From Candidatus Velthaea sp. (lineage in GTDB: Bacteria; Vulcanimicrobiota; Vulcanimicrobiia; Vulcanimicrobiales; Vulcanimicrobiaceae): a DNA stretch of 64,000 nucleotides. This document shows positions 36,689-47,331 of this stretch, in pieces (position 1 is the first letter of the stretch; every line of letters begins with the position of its first letter). A model generated the notes under the pieces. It was not told where the DNA came from, ran no database searches, and was given only the letters and a program-made list of their open reading frames with translations. A program made the translations under genes and the position numbers. The stretch lies in NCBI GenBank assembly GCA_965214935.1, contig CBDCCS010000018.1, positions 352,001 to 416,000 on the forward strand. Reading direction: 5' to 3'.

Positions 36689-38212
36689 CTAAACGCGGGC
36701 GCGCCGCTCGTCGATGACGGCAAGCGCGGCGCGGCGTCCGGGAAAACCGCTGACGCACCCGCCCGGATGCGTGCCCGATCCACACAGATAGAGTCCGTCG
36801 ATGCCCGAGCGCAGCGCAAAGCGCCCTTCGTAGATTTGGCCGGGCAGCAGCTCGCCGTGGAAAATATGGCCGCCCGCAAGCCCCAGCATCGATTCAAGAT
36901 CGGGGGCGGCGAGCATTTGCCGGTGTTCGATCGCCGCCGGAAGATTCGGCGCGTAGCGCGCTAACGTCGCGACGATAAGGTCGGCGATCGTTTCGCGGTC
37001 CTGCACGAGCCAAGCGCGATCATTGCGCGCGTATGGAAAATATTGCGCGAACACGGACAGGATGTGTTTGCCGGGCGGCGCCAAGCTCGAATCGGTTGGC
37101 GTTTGCATGAAACATTCAAGCATCGGTTCGCGCGAAATTCCGTGTGTTCGCGTGTCGTCGAACGCCGTTTGCAGATAGTTGAGCGAAGGTGCAACGTGAA
37201 TGGTCGCCCGGTGATGCGGCTGTTCGTTTGTTCCGCGCCGGGCGGAGAAATCGGGCAATTCGCCCAGTGCCAGATTGAGCTTGAATGAAACGCCGTTGGT
37301 GCTCCAGCCGACGGCTTTGTCATAGATCGACGGGGGCACGTCGGCGCGGTCGATCAGTTGCAGAAACAGCGTCTGCGGATCGGCGCTCGCCAGAACGGCG
37401 CCCGCTTCGACTTCCCGTCCGTCGTGTAATTCCAGCCGCGATGCCCGGCCGCCGTCAACCCGAATCCGCTTGACTTCGGCGTCGGCGCGCAGTTCGGCGC
37501 CGGCGGCGCGTGCGGCTCCGGCGAGCGCCGTTGCAACCGCACCCATCCCACCGCGCACGAAGCCCCAGGCGCCTTGGGCGCCCAGCGCGCGCCCGGCGTA
37601 ATGATGGGCCAGCACGTAGGCCGTTCCGGCATCGTACGGGCCGCGCGCGGTACCGATCACGCCGTCGGTGGCCAGCGTTGCCTGGACGACCGGTGCGTGC
37701 ACGAAGCGCTCGACGAAATTCGCCGCACTGCCGCATAATGTCGATTGCGTCGCGACGTCGAAACCGTTGAAGTTGGGCTCCGAATCGCCGAACGAATCAA
37801 ATAGGAGGCTGCCTAGCTGCGCTGCCTCACGTTCGAACGCTTCGAGCCCTGCGCCATCGCGCTTGTCGAAGGCGGCAACTTCGCGAGCGTTTTGCGCCGC
37901 GTCCCGTCCCAGCAGCAACGATCGGCCGTCCGCCAGCGGCGTAAACGACGCCGGATCTTTGCGATACGCGCTAAATCCGTGCGCACGCAAATCGAGATCG
38001 GCGATAATTTGCGGGTCGAGTAAGCTGCAAACGTACGAGGCGACCGAAACCGTGTAACCGGGCCAAATTTCTTGCGACACCGTCGCGCCGCCGAGCACGT
38101 CGCGCCGTTCGAGTAAGATCGTTCGCAAGCCGGCGCGAGCGCAATAAGCCGCCGCCGTTAAACCGTTGTGGCCGCCGCCGACGATCGCTACGTCCCAGCG
38201 CTCGGCCGGCAT
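36689..38212 (-). CDS. Phytoene desaturase-family FAD oxidoreductase
   Basis: GGGHNGL..A, LGGA, GGMG, GHIFHG, LYLCGSGTHPGG.VSG.PG. Confidence 0.9.
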   Translation of the reverse strand: MPAERWDVAIVGGGHNGLTAAAYCARAGLRTILLERRDVLGGATVSQEIWPGYTVSVASYVCSLLDPQIIADLDLRAHGFSAYRKDPASFTPLADGRSLLLGRDAAQNAREVAAFDKRDGAGLEAFEREAAQLGSLLFDSFGDSEPNFNGFDVATQSTLCGSAANFVERFVHAPVVQATLATDGVIGTARGPYDAGTAYVLAHHYAGRALGAQGAWGFVRGGMGAVATALAGAARAAGAELRADAEVKRIRVDGGRASRLELHDGREVEAGAVLASADPQTLFLQLIDRADVPPSIYDKAVGWSTNGVSFKLNLALGELPDFSARRGTNEQPHHRATIHVAPSLNYLQTAFDDTRTHGISREPMLECFMQTPTDSSLAPPGKHILSVFAQYFPYARNDRAWLVQDRETIADLIVATLARYAPNLPAAIEHRQMLAAPDLESMLGLAGGHIFHGELLPGQIYEGRFALRSGIDGLYLCGSGTHPGGCVSGFPGRRAALAVIDERRARV

Positions 38213-38213
38213 T

Positions 38214-38900
38214 CTAAAGCCGGCGCCGGCGATTGGGCATGAACGGTTCGCCCACCGGATACTCGCCGCGGCGCGGCAGCGCGGTATCGACATCTTGACA
38301 ACCGACGGGGGTAAAATCGCGGCAGTCGTACGGTCGTGCTTCGTAAATGCCGCAGTAGTATTTACCCGAACGCGAACCTTTCAAGAAGATACATTTATCG
38401 GCGGCATCCTCGGTGACTTTCCGCAGCCAGCCGACGACGTAACCATCGGCGGATTCGCGCGGTACGACGTAATCGGTCATTACCTCATCGTACGTCAGGC
38501 CGAGATGTTCGGCAATGCGCGTTACGTCGGCCCGGTTAACGAACGGCTCGTAACCGCTGCAGCATTCGGCGCAGCCGGGCGGGCACGAGATATTCTCGGG
38601 CAGGTCGTACAGATGCTTGCGCGCGACTTGGATAACTTTCGCGATTGCAGCGACCATTTCCGGATCGTCGTTATATTTATAGACCCACTCGCGATGCGTG
38701 ATCTCGTTGGCATTATAACGCCGTTTAACGGTCTCGTTGTATTGAACGGTAATATGCTCGTCGGTAATTTCGATCTCTTTAACATGACTCATCAACTCGA
38801 GGTCGAGATTTTCGAGCCGCGTCGGTTGCCCGGTTTCGCGCGTAAAACGCTTGAGATTGCGCAGCTCGCGGTTGGCGATGAGATCGATTGTCTCTTGCAT
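38214..38900 (-). CDS. YkgJ family cysteine-cluster protein
   Basis: CPPGCAECC, CIFL, CGIYEARPYDCR. Confidence 0.85.
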   Translation of the reverse strand: MQETIDLIANRELRNLKRFTRETGQPTRLENLDLELMSHVKEIEITDEHITVQYNETVKRRYNANEITHREWVYKYNDDPEMVAAIAKVIQVARKHLYDLPENISCPPGCAECCSGYEPFVNRADVTRIAEHLGLTYDEVMTDYVVPRESADGYVVGWLRKVTEDAADKCIFLKGSRSGKYYCGIYEARPYDCRDFTPVGCQDVDTALPRRGEYPVGEPFMPNRRRRL

Positions 38901-38958
38901 CGCGCGTGTTTCGGTGCGAACGGCGGACGAACCCCGCCCAAGCGCGAATCGACGCAAA

Positions 38959-39561
38959 ATGATAGGAATCGCTCGCAGCGTCTCGGCAGTTATAACCGGT
39001 TGCGCGTTGACGTTTATCCTGAGCGCCGCCGCGCAAGCCGATAGTCTCGTCGATTTGCAAGCGAAGCTCGACGGTGCTTTCAAAGGCGCACGATCGTATG
39101 TCGTCACGACGTCATATCCGGCCCAAACATACGCGTCGACGATCGTCTACGTCGCACCCGACCGCACGCGCGTCGCGGTCGCCGTTTCGGCCAACACCAC
39201 CGAGATCGTCACGATCGGTAAGATGACGTATCGCAGCCGTAACGGCGAACCCTTCGAGCGCTCGGCGACGTCCGCCGATAGCGGCCCGCGGCCACCCGGC
39301 GTCGGGCGAATTAAAGTCACCGGCTTACATGCCGACGTTCGAACCGGCGGCGTCACGTACGGGGCCTTCGAGACGACCGTGCCGCTTGGTAAGCTCCTCA
39401 CCCTTACGTGCACGTACGACAAGAAGAATTACCGCGTCATGCAATGTGCCAATGCGGAGGTTACGCAAACGTATAACGATTACGACAACCCGCAAAATAC
39501 CGTCGACGCTCCGTCCAACGCCGTTGATGCTCCGACACCCGCGCCCACGGTGCTGCAATAA
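38959..39561 (+). CDS. Exported hypothetical protein
   Basis: Signal peptide ending AQA; coupled to the ROK gene. Confidence 0.6.
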   Translation: MIGIARSVSAVITGCALTFILSAAAQADSLVDLQAKLDGAFKGARSYVVTTSYPAQTYASTIVYVAPDRTRVAVAVSANTTEIVTIGKMTYRSRNGEPFERSATSADSGPRPPGVGRIKVTGLHADVRTGGVTYGAFETTVPLGKLLTLTCTYDKKNYRVMQCANAEVTQTYNDYDNPQNTVDAPSNAVDAPTPAPTVLQ

Positions 39562-40523
39562 TGCGCCGCGCAATCGGCGTCGATCTCGGCGGTTCGCATG
39601 CGATGGCGACGATCGTCGAAGAGAGCGGCGAACTTCTCATGCGGCACGAGCAAGACATCGTCGACCGGTCGCCCGACGCGGTGTTCGCCGCCCTCGAAGC
39701 CGTCATCGGAGCCGCTCTGGCCGATGCCAAGGACAAGCCGGTAAGCGGCATCGGTATCGGTTCGCCGGGCAACATCGATCCAAAAAGCGGCACGATTCGG
39801 TGGTCGCCGAACTTTAACTGGACGAACGTTCCGCTCGGTGATGCGATGCGTACGCGTTTCAACATGCCGGTGTTCATTGCCAACGACGCGCGTTGCGCAA
39901 CTCTGGGCGAGTATGTATTCGGCGCCGGGCGCGGCACGAAAAACTTTGCGCTGCTAACCTTAGGTACCGGGATCGGCGGCGGGATCGTCGCTGAAGGTGA
40001 ATTGCTGCTCGGCAACCAGATGGGGGCCGGTGAGTTCGGCCATCATACGATCCGGCCCGATACCGGCTTCATCTGTGGTTGCGGCCGCATCGGTTGTTTT
40101 GAGGCGCAATGTTCGGGCACGGGTCTCATTCGTCACGCGCTTGCAATCGCGACGTCGTTCCCGCGCAGTACGCTGCTCGATGTCCCCAAAGACCGGATCG
40201 GCTCGAAAGCGATACGCAAAGCTGCTCAAGCCGGCGACGGCCATGCCGTGGCTGCGTGGAACAATTGGATTGACGATTTGGCGTTGGGCCTGACGAACGT
40301 CATCTCGTTCGTGAATCCGGAGATCATTGCCATGGGCGGCGGCGTTTCGAGCGCCGGCGAGTTCATGCTCGAACCGGTGCGAACGCTCGTCGACCGGCGC
40401 ACGACGACGATCCCGCGCGGAACGACCAAGATCATCCGGGCGCTGCTCGGAAACGATGCCGGAGCCGTCGGCTCGGCGACCATGGCGATGCGCGGCGGTA
40501 TGGTCGCGACGTTAGCGGCCTAA
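39561..40523 (+). CDS. ROK family sugar kinase (glucokinase-like)
   Basis: GVDLGGS, NDA, LGTGIGGG, GEFGH, CGCG..GC.E. Confidence 0.93.
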   Translation: MRRAIGVDLGGSHAMATIVEESGELLMRHEQDIVDRSPDAVFAALEAVIGAALADAKDKPVSGIGIGSPGNIDPKSGTIRWSPNFNWTNVPLGDAMRTRFNMPVFIANDARCATLGEYVFGAGRGTKNFALLTLGTGIGGGIVAEGELLLGNQMGAGEFGHHTIRPDTGFICGCGRIGCFEAQCSGTGLIRHALAIATSFPRSTLLDVPKDRIGSKAIRKAAQAGDGHAVAAWNNWIDDLALGLTNVISFVNPEIIAMGGGVSSAGEFMLEPVRTLVDRRTTTIPRGTTKIIRALLGNDAGAVGSATMAMRGGMVATLAA

Positions 40524-40548
40524 GTCCGTCGCCGCCGGCGGGCGGAAC

Positions 40549-41727
40549 TTACGGCGCGTTCCGGGGGGCGTCGAATGCGAGCGCCGCCATCATGCGGACG
40601 CCGTTGGCCAACGCCGCTTCGTCGATATCGAAACGCGCATGGTGGTGCGGCCACGATGTATCGGGACCGCCGGCCGCGCCGAGCGTATAAAAGCACGCCG
40701 GCACCTTTTGGGCGAAAAACGAGAAGTCTTCGGCGCCCATGAGTTGGGCAACGTCGATGACCGCCTCGGCGCCGACCGTCGCTTGCGCCAGCGCACGGGC
40801 GTAGCGCGTCTGCTCGGCATCGTTGGACGTGACCGGATAGCGCCACAGGTAAGCAAAGTCGTACGTGGCTCCCGACGCATCGCAAATGCCTTTGAGCACG
40901 CGCTCGATTCGCTCCGCCATCGCGGCGCGGACCTCGGCACTGAACGCGCGGACGGTGCCGAGCAGAGTGACACGGCTCGGAATCACATTATGGGTCGTTC
41001 CGCCGTGAATCGCCCCGATCGTGACGACCGCCGGTTCGAGCGGATCGATCTGCCGTGATACGACCTGCTGGACCGCGACAATAAACTCGCCCGCGACGAA
41101 GATCGGATCGATCGACTGATGCGGAGCAGCACCGTGCCCGCCGCGGCCTTCGATGGTAATTTCGAGCGAATCGCTCGATGCATACATCGGTCCGGCGCGA
41201 AAGCCCAGTTGCCCCACCGGATACGACGACGAAAGGTGCAGCCCGTAGGCGCGCTCGATGCCGAAGCGCTCGATGATCCCTTCACGGACCATCTCGGCGC
41301 CACCACCGTGGCCCTCTTCGGCCGGTTGAAACACGAGACACACGGTACCGTTGAGCTCGGCCGAACGCCGCGCGATCAATTCGGCGGCACCCAGCAAGAT
41401 CGCAACATGACCGTCGTGCCCGCAGGCATGCATCGTCCGGGCGGTCGTCGAGCGGTACTCGGCGCTGTTTTCCTCGTCGATCGGCAGTGCATCCATGTCG
41501 GCGCGCAACATGACGGTTTTGCCGCCCGGTGCTCCGTGCATCACGCCGACCACGCCGGTCTTTGCAATCCCGGTGTGCACCTCGTAGCCGAATTCGGCGA
41601 GCAGCCGTGCGACGATGCCGGCCGTCCGATGCTCTTCAAACCCGAGTTCCGGATGCCGGTGGAAGTCGCGCCGGTAGGCGACGACGCGTTCGATGAGTGA
41701 GGGCGAGACGTCGAGCGTTGCGGACAT
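40549..41727 (-). CDS. M20 family amidohydrolase
   Basis: HRHPELGFEE, RADMDALP, MHACGHDGH, FQPAEE, GAEDF. Confidence 0.95.
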   Translation of the reverse strand: MSATLDVSPSLIERVVAYRRDFHRHPELGFEEHRTAGIVARLLAEFGYEVHTGIAKTGVVGVMHGAPGGKTVMLRADMDALPIDEENSAEYRSTTARTMHACGHDGHVAILLGAAELIARRSAELNGTVCLVFQPAEEGHGGGAEMVREGIIERFGIERAYGLHLSSSYPVGQLGFRAGPMYASSDSLEITIEGRGGHGAAPHQSIDPIFVAGEFIVAVQQVVSRQIDPLEPAVVTIGAIHGGTTHNVIPSRVTLLGTVRAFSAEVRAAMAERIERVLKGICDASGATYDFAYLWRYPVTSNDAEQTRYARALAQATVGAEAVIDVAQLMGAEDFSFFAQKVPACFYTLGAAGGPDTSWPHHHARFDIDEAALANGVRMMAALAFDAPRNAP

Positions 41728-41772
41728 GCGTCGCTGCGTTAGCCCGGTTGCCGCGAATCCCTCGGGGTCAAG

Positions 41773-42939
41773 CTACCCGGCGACGAACACCGGTTCGCGC
41801 GGGACGCTGCCCGTCGCGGCAACCTCGGCAATTAATTCGGCGATCCGGCGCGAGCTGCCCGGACGCGCAATCGACGTTTGGCGCGCGCGCATCGAAACCA
41901 GCCGTTCTTGGTTGTGCACGATCCGGGTCACCGAATTAACGACCTCGGCGGCCGTTAAGGCAACCACCCCGATTCCATTCGTCCGCACGTAATCGAGATT
42001 GCCCCGCTCTTGGCCGGGCACGAAATCATAGACCACGACGGGCACTTCGGCAATCGAGGCTTCGGCGATCGCGCCCGGTCCGGCTTTCGTGACAAGCAGG
42101 TCGGACGCGCGCATCAGCTCAGGTACGTCATTACGGAAGCCGAGAACCGTCATCGGCGTCGGCAACTGCGGAGCAAGCTCTTCAAGTTTTGCTTTGAGCG
42201 CGGCATTCCGGCCGGTAACGACCACGAGGTGGAATGGTAAGCGCGATTTCGCCAGCGCCAGCGTGGTCGGCAGTAACTTGCCGCCGCCTTCGCCGCCGGC
42301 CATCAGCAGCGCGATCGGTCCATCGATCGGCAAGCCCAGGGCTTTGCGAATCTCGGCCTTCGTTTCCGAGACGTCCTCGAACTTCGGATGAACCGGATGA
42401 CCCAGTAAACGCAGACGTTCGCGCGGTACGCCGCGTTCGAGTGCCCGTTGGAAGACTTCGGGTGCCGGAACGACGGTCATGTCGGCTTCCGGCAGGAGCC
42501 AGCCCTCATGAACGCGGCCGAGATCGGTAATGACCGTGACGAGCGGAACGTGCAATCCGGCATCGGCCCGGGCCCGCAGGGCCGCATGGTTGAGCAGCGG
42601 ATGCACCGAGACGATGACGTCCGGGCGGTACATGAGAAACGAGTCGCGCAGCCGCTCGCGATAGAGCGGCTCGCAGAAACGGACGATCGTGCGATAGCGG
42701 CGACGGCCGTTGGTGGCATGAAATAGCGCGCCGTAAATCGGGGGAGCGAAACGAAGGGCCGCGCTATAGGCGGGCCCGAGTTGTGATAAGGGGAACGTGC
42801 AATGGGTCGCGATGTCGTCGATTCGCCACTCGTAACGGGTCTCTCCGTCGATATCGTCCAGCGCGGCCCCGATCGCTTGCGATCCGCTTCGATGGCCGCC
42901 GCCCGTATCCGAGATGAGGAAGAGAACGCGTTTGGTCAT
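41773..42939 (-). CDS. MGDG synthase/UgtP-like diacylglycerol glycosyltransferase
   Basis: TGGGH, VSVHP, VITD, TKAGPG, PGQE.GN. Confidence 0.9.
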   Translation of the reverse strand: MTKRVLFLISDTGGGHRSGSQAIGAALDDIDGETRYEWRIDDIATHCTFPLSQLGPAYSAALRFAPPIYGALFHATNGRRRYRTIVRFCEPLYRERLRDSFLMYRPDVIVSVHPLLNHAALRARADAGLHVPLVTVITDLGRVHEGWLLPEADMTVVPAPEVFQRALERGVPRERLRLLGHPVHPKFEDVSETKAEIRKALGLPIDGPIALLMAGGEGGGKLLPTTLALAKSRLPFHLVVVTGRNAALKAKLEELAPQLPTPMTVLGFRNDVPELMRASDLLVTKAGPGAIAEASIAEVPVVVYDFVPGQERGNLDYVRTNGIGVVALTAAEVVNSVTRIVHNQERLVSMRARQTSIARPGSSRRIAELIAEVAATGSVPREPVFVAG

Positions 42940-42954
42940 CCGGTCTCCACGGAA

Positions 42955-43539
42955 TTAGCCGCGGCCAACACCCGTTGAGACCGCAGTCTTGCGTTTGATC
43001 GGTCGTACCGTGCTCCGACGACGCGGAGCCCGTCGCGGACTTAGCGTTCGCAACAGAATCATCATCTTACGCGCAGGCGCGTCGTAGAAGCGAAAAAGAT
43101 CGCCGAACTCGATCTCCGGGTTTCGGTGATGCCCATCATGGTCCTCGGGGAGAACGATTGCAAGCGACCGGCAGATGTTCCGCGCAAGCGTGGGAGTCTT
43201 CCAGCCGAGGTCCGTCGTATGCCGCCACCAGACGTGAAGTTGCCCGAGCACGAGACCGGTCGCGGCGCCCACGATCGAGATCCGGCAGCTCAGCAGCGCG
43301 ACGATGATGTACGGGACCGCACCTAAAAAGCCGTCGAGCATAACACCCGGGTCACGCGAGATAACGGCATGATCCCAATACGACCGCCGGCGATCGTGAT
43401 GCGTCCGCAAATGGAGCTTGCCCCAAACATGCTGCGGAACGTGATAGAAGAACGTCGATGCGAAATCACCGACCAAAAGTACGACGAGCATCGCGACGAT
43501 GAACGAGAGTATCGGCGATCCCAACACGATCGTGTTCAC
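42955..43539 (-). CDS. Sterol desaturase/fatty-acid hydroxylase family protein
   Basis: His boxes HVPQH, HLRTHH, HVWWRH, HDGHH. Confidence 0.75.
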   Translation of the reverse strand: MNTIVLGSPILSFIVAMLVVLLVGDFASTFFYHVPQHVWGKLHLRTHHDRRRSYWDHAVISRDPGVMLDGFLGAVPYIIVALLSCRISIVGAATGLVLGQLHVWWRHTTDLGWKTPTLARNICRSLAIVLPEDHDGHHRNPEIEFGDLFRFYDAPARKMMILLRTLSPRRAPRRRSTVRPIKRKTAVSTGVGRG

Positions 43540-43581
43540 GTTATTCTAAAATTACTTTCATAAAAAGAGGCTGACGCCGAC

Positions 43582-44229
43582 TTGTTTTCGAGAAGTAGAA
43601 AACCTCTCATCGTTGCTGCATTTACTCTCTCATTTACCTTGGCATGTTGTCCGCTTACGGCGCGTATCGACGGCCTGCGCGATGCAGCATTGAGTTGGCA
43701 TATACCCGCGAGCGTGCGATCTATTCGCGGGATCCGGCTGTTGATCGACGGTCCGCGCGGGAGCGGACCAATCGTCGCCATCGTGCGCTCCATCGTGCGC
43801 GCTAACCCGCGCATTAGTGCGTTGGATGCACTTCGCTTAGCCGTTACGGCCGATCGCGCCGCAAAACGCAACGGTATCGATCCGCAATTCGCCGCTGCAA
43901 CGTTGTTGCAAGAGTCGGCTTTCGATCCCAATGCGGTGTCGAGTGCCGGAGCGTACGGCATCGGGCAGTTCACCGCGGCCACCGCTCGAATCAATGCAAT
44001 CGATCCGTTCTGCGCGCCGGCCGCCGTTAACGGCGCGATCCGCGTGTTAGCCGCTTACCGCATGCGCTACGCGCATGCCGGCGGCGATCCGTACACGTTG
44101 GCGCTCGCGGCATATAACGCCGGGCCGGGGGCGGTGGCCTATTATCACGGCGTTCCGCCCTATGCCGAAACGCTCGCGTATATCACCGATATTCACGAAC
44201 GCTGGGCACGGCTTTTGGCGGAGCGTTAA
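43582..44229 (+). CDS. Lytic transglycosylase (SLT)
   Basis: QES, GAYGIGQF, AAYNAG, PPYAET. Confidence 0.85.
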   Translation: MFSRSRKPLIVAAFTLSFTLACCPLTARIDGLRDAALSWHIPASVRSIRGIRLLIDGPRGSGPIVAIVRSIVRANPRISALDALRLAVTADRAAKRNGIDPQFAAATLLQESAFDPNAVSSAGAYGIGQFTAATARINAIDPFCAPAAVNGAIRVLAAYRMRYAHAGGDPYTLALAAYNAGPGAVAYYHGVPPYAETLAYITDIHERWARLLAER

Positions 44230-44233
44230 GCGG

Positions 44234-44908
44234 CTACTTAAAGCGCTTGACTAAAAACGATTGAACGCGATCCCATGCATCGGCAATCTCGCGCGATGCG
44301 ATCGTATCGGAACTCTCGCGAAAGAACGAGTGACCGACGTTGGCATAAATCTGAATGTCCGCCGTCTTGCCGGCGGCTTCGAGCCGTTGCCGGATGCGTT
44401 CGATGTCCGCCTCGGTTATCTGCTCGTCGCGACCGCCGAAGACGAGCAGTAGCGGCGTGCGAATTTCTTCGGCATGCCGGATCGGCGGATCGCCGCCGTC
44501 TGGCAGGCTTTTATTGATGGATTGACCGTAAAACGCGATCGCGCTGGAAAAGCCGGGCAACGTCGATGCCATGAACGCGACCGAACCACCGATACCGAAA
44601 CCCCACATTGCGATCTTCCCGTGCGCGACGTACGGTTGATCGTTGAGCCAATCGCGCGTCGCGGCAATATCACCCGCGATCGACGCGGTTTTGAATCCTT
44701 CGTTGACCGGCCGGCCGCGTAGGTAATCGATCGCGCAACCGACGAAGCCGGCGCTTGCAACGAGGTCGGTCATGCGACGCATCTCGTCATCGAAACCGTA
44801 GACGCCTTCGAGCACGATGACGGCCGGATGCACGCCGGATTGCGGACGTGCGACGTACGCCGGCATCTTGCCCTCCGGTGCTGTGATCGTCAGATCGCTT
44901 TTGATCAT
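44234..44908 (-). CDS. Dienelactone hydrolase family protein lacking the catalytic Cys
   Basis: DLH fold motifs present, but WGFGIGG in place of GFCxGG. Confidence 0.8.
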   Translation of the reverse strand: MIKSDLTITAPEGKMPAYVARPQSGVHPAVIVLEGVYGFDDEMRRMTDLVASAGFVGCAIDYLRGRPVNEGFKTASIAGDIAATRDWLNDQPYVAHGKIAMWGFGIGGSVAFMASTLPGFSSAIAFYGQSINKSLPDGGDPPIRHAEEIRTPLLLVFGGRDEQITEADIERIRQRLEAAGKTADIQIYANVGHSFFRESSDTIASREIADAWDRVQSFLVKRFK

Positions 44909-44920
44909 CGTTATCGTCTC

Positions 44921-45655
44921 CTACGCCAGATGCTGCTTGAAAAACGCTTGAACGAGATCCCACGCATCGGAAACGTCTTGACTCGACTCGAGCGCATCGG
45001 ATGAATCGCGGAAAAATGCGTGCCCTTCGTCGGGATACACTTGAAGCCGAAACTTTTTGTGCGCATCGGTGAGGGCTTTTGCAATCCGGCCGACGGCTTC
45101 GGCGGGGATGTAGTCGTCTTTACCGCCGAACGCCAGCAGCACCGGAGTGCGCACGTCATTCACATCGGCCAGCCCTTCGGGTTCACCGCTCGGAAATGCA
45201 GCTGCGATGCTGCCGCCGTAAAAGCACACGGCGGCCGATAAGCCGGGCATCGTTGAACTGATGAAAGCGACCGATCCGCCGAAGCAAAAGCCCCACGTCG
45301 CGATGCGATTGAACGTAACGAAGTCTTGTGCGTTCAAATAGTCCATTGCCGCGGAAATGTCGGCCTTCATGCTCGCACGCGTGACTTTTCCCGCCGCTGC
45401 GAAGCCTTTCTGCAACCCCTCCTGGGTATATGGTTCGTTGAGATCGGGATCGGTGCGATGATAATAATTGATGGCGAGTGCGACGAAGCCGGCTCCGGCC
45501 AGCAAATCGGAGATGCGTTTGACCTCCGTATTGACACCGAAAATTTCCTGTAACACGATGACGGCCGGACGTGCTCCGTCCTCTTCGTCCGGACGAGCCA
45601 GATACGACGGCATGGAACTTCCGCCGACATCGATGGAGACCGATTGAGAGAGCAA
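44921..45655 (-). CDS. Dienelactone hydrolase
   Basis: QEIFGVN, WGFCFGG, GHAF; TTG start with RBS AGGAGG. Confidence 0.9.
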   Translation of the reverse strand: MLSQSVSIDVGGSSMPSYLARPDEEDGARPAVIVLQEIFGVNTEVKRISDLLAGAGFVALAINYYHRTDPDLNEPYTQEGLQKGFAAAGKVTRASMKADISAAMDYLNAQDFVTFNRIATWGFCFGGSVAFISSTMPGLSAAVCFYGGSIAAAFPSGEPEGLADVNDVRTPVLLAFGGKDDYIPAEAVGRIAKALTDAHKKFRLQVYPDEGHAFFRDSSDALESSQDVSDAWDLVQAFFKQHLA

Positions 45656-45702
45656 ACTAATCCTCCTGGTAACACGCAAGAGCGGCGTGGCCGGCACCGC
45701 GC

Positions 45703-46707
45703 ATGACTTCGACGACGCGGACCGGATTATCCGAACGCTTCGCGCTCGCGCGTGAAGCGCATCCCAAGCGCGTTGCAACATTTGCCGACGACGTGCGGGA
45801 CGGTTTGGGAACGCGACCGTACGCGCTTTCCCCAAAATACTTCTACGACGATTTAGGATCGGCACTTTTCGAGGCAATTTGCCGATTACCGGAATATTAT
45901 CTCACCCGGATCGAGCGCGACTTACTCGCAACCTACGGGCCGGCAATCGTCGCGGCATGCGGCGGGCCGCTCGAACTTCTTGAACTCGGCTCGGGCAGCG
46001 CGCTCAAGACCGAAATAATTATCGAAGCGATCCTGGCTTCACAGCGGCAATTAACGTTTCACCCGATCGACATCTCGGCCGACGCACTTATTACATCGTC
46101 GCTCGGTCTGCTCGCGGCACACGAACGGCTGCGAATCAGCGCGCATGCCGGTGATTATTTCACCTTGCTGCAGGCCGGCCGGCTTGGGACGACGGGTCCG
46201 GTGCTGGCGTTATACCTCGGTTCGAACATCGGTAATTTTGCACCGGCCGAGGCGCAGTTGCTGCTCGAACTGCTCGCTCGTGCACTTGAACCCGGAGCAC
46301 ATCTACTCATCGGTTACGATCTTAAAAAAGACGCTTCGATCTTGGAGGCCGCCTATAACGATCCGGCCGGAGTGACGGCGGCGTTCAACAAGAATTTGCT
46401 CGGACGCATGAATCGCGAGCTAGGCGCCGGGTTCGATCTCGATGCCTTCGAGTTCCGCGCGATCTACGATCATGCGCGCGGCGCAATCGATTCGTACTTA
46501 GTGAGCGACCGGCGACAAACCGTTCGCATTGCCGGAGCCGCTATCGACGTCCGGTTTTCGGTCGGTGAAACCATCCATACCGAATCGTCGTACAAATTTA
46601 ATCGCGAGGACATCGTCGCCTTGGCTGCGCGTTGCGGCTTTCGCGAACGGACGACGTATACCGACGCGGGCGCGCGTTACGCCCTGACGTTACTGACTGT
46701 GGGTTAG
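45703..46707 (+). CDS. egtD: L-histidine N-alpha-methyltransferase (ergothioneine pathway)
   Basis: PKYFYDD.GS.LFE.I..LPEYY.TR.E, ELGSGS..KT, GSNIGN, AYND..GVTAAFN.N, TESSYK. Confidence 0.92.
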   Translation: MTSTTRTGLSERFALAREAHPKRVATFADDVRDGLGTRPYALSPKYFYDDLGSALFEAICRLPEYYLTRIERDLLATYGPAIVAACGGPLELLELGSGSALKTEIIIEAILASQRQLTFHPIDISADALITSSLGLLAAHERLRISAHAGDYFTLLQAGRLGTTGPVLALYLGSNIGNFAPAEAQLLLELLARALEPGAHLLIGYDLKKDASILEAAYNDPAGVTAAFNKNLLGRMNRELGAGFDLDAFEFRAIYDHARGAIDSYLVSDRRQTVRIAGAAIDVRFSVGETIHTESSYKFNREDIVALAARCGFRERTTYTDAGARYALTLLTVG

Positions 46708-46719
46708 CGTCGCGGTTCC

Positions 46720-47331
46720 TTAGCGCCGCACGAGCAGCTCGGCGCGGCGCAGCAGCACATCGGCCACGATTGCAAGCACGGCCGCCGCGATACTGCCGGC
46801 AATGATCTTTTGCGGATAATCCTGGTGGATGCCGTCAAAAAGCAAGTCGCCGAGACCTCCGGCATGAATGTACGAAGCGACCGTTGCGACGGCGATGAGC
46901 GATACGGTTGCAATCCGGATACCGCCGACGATCGCGGGCAAGGCTTGCGGCAGTTCGATCCGCAGCAAGCGCTGCAGCGGCGAGAATCCCAGCCCCGTCG
47001 CAGCTTCGAGTTGCGCGCGATCGATGCCGCGCAATCCCGTGGCGATGTTGCGAACCAGGATCATCTGGGCGTATGCGACCAGCGCAACGATTGCCGAGAA
47101 CGTTCCTAAGCCGAAGAGCCGCACGAGGAACGCGAGTAGCGCTAAACTCGGAATCGTATAGATGATGCCCAGCGTCGCGAGCGTCGCGGCCCCCAGGCGC
47201 TTGTCACGAGCGACCACGACGCCGAGCGGCAATGCCAGCACGAGCGCGATCGCGAGGGACCCGAACGTCAACACGAGATGCTGTCCGGTCAGCGCCGCGA
47301 TCTCAGCCGGATGCCGGTACAGATAGGTCAC
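46720..47331 (-). CDS. Osmoprotectant-type ABC transporter permease
   Basis: TIPSLALL, EAA.G.G loop, GGLG. Confidence 0.9.
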   Translation of the reverse strand: MTYLYRHPAEIAALTGQHLVLTFGSLAIALVLALPLGVVVARDKRLGAATLATLGIIYTIPSLALLAFLVRLFGLGTFSAIVALVAYAQMILVRNIATGLRGIDRAQLEAATGLGFSPLQRLLRIELPQALPAIVGGIRIATVSLIAVATVASYIHAGGLGDLLFDGIHQDYPQKIIAGSIAAAVLAIVADVLLRRAELLVRR

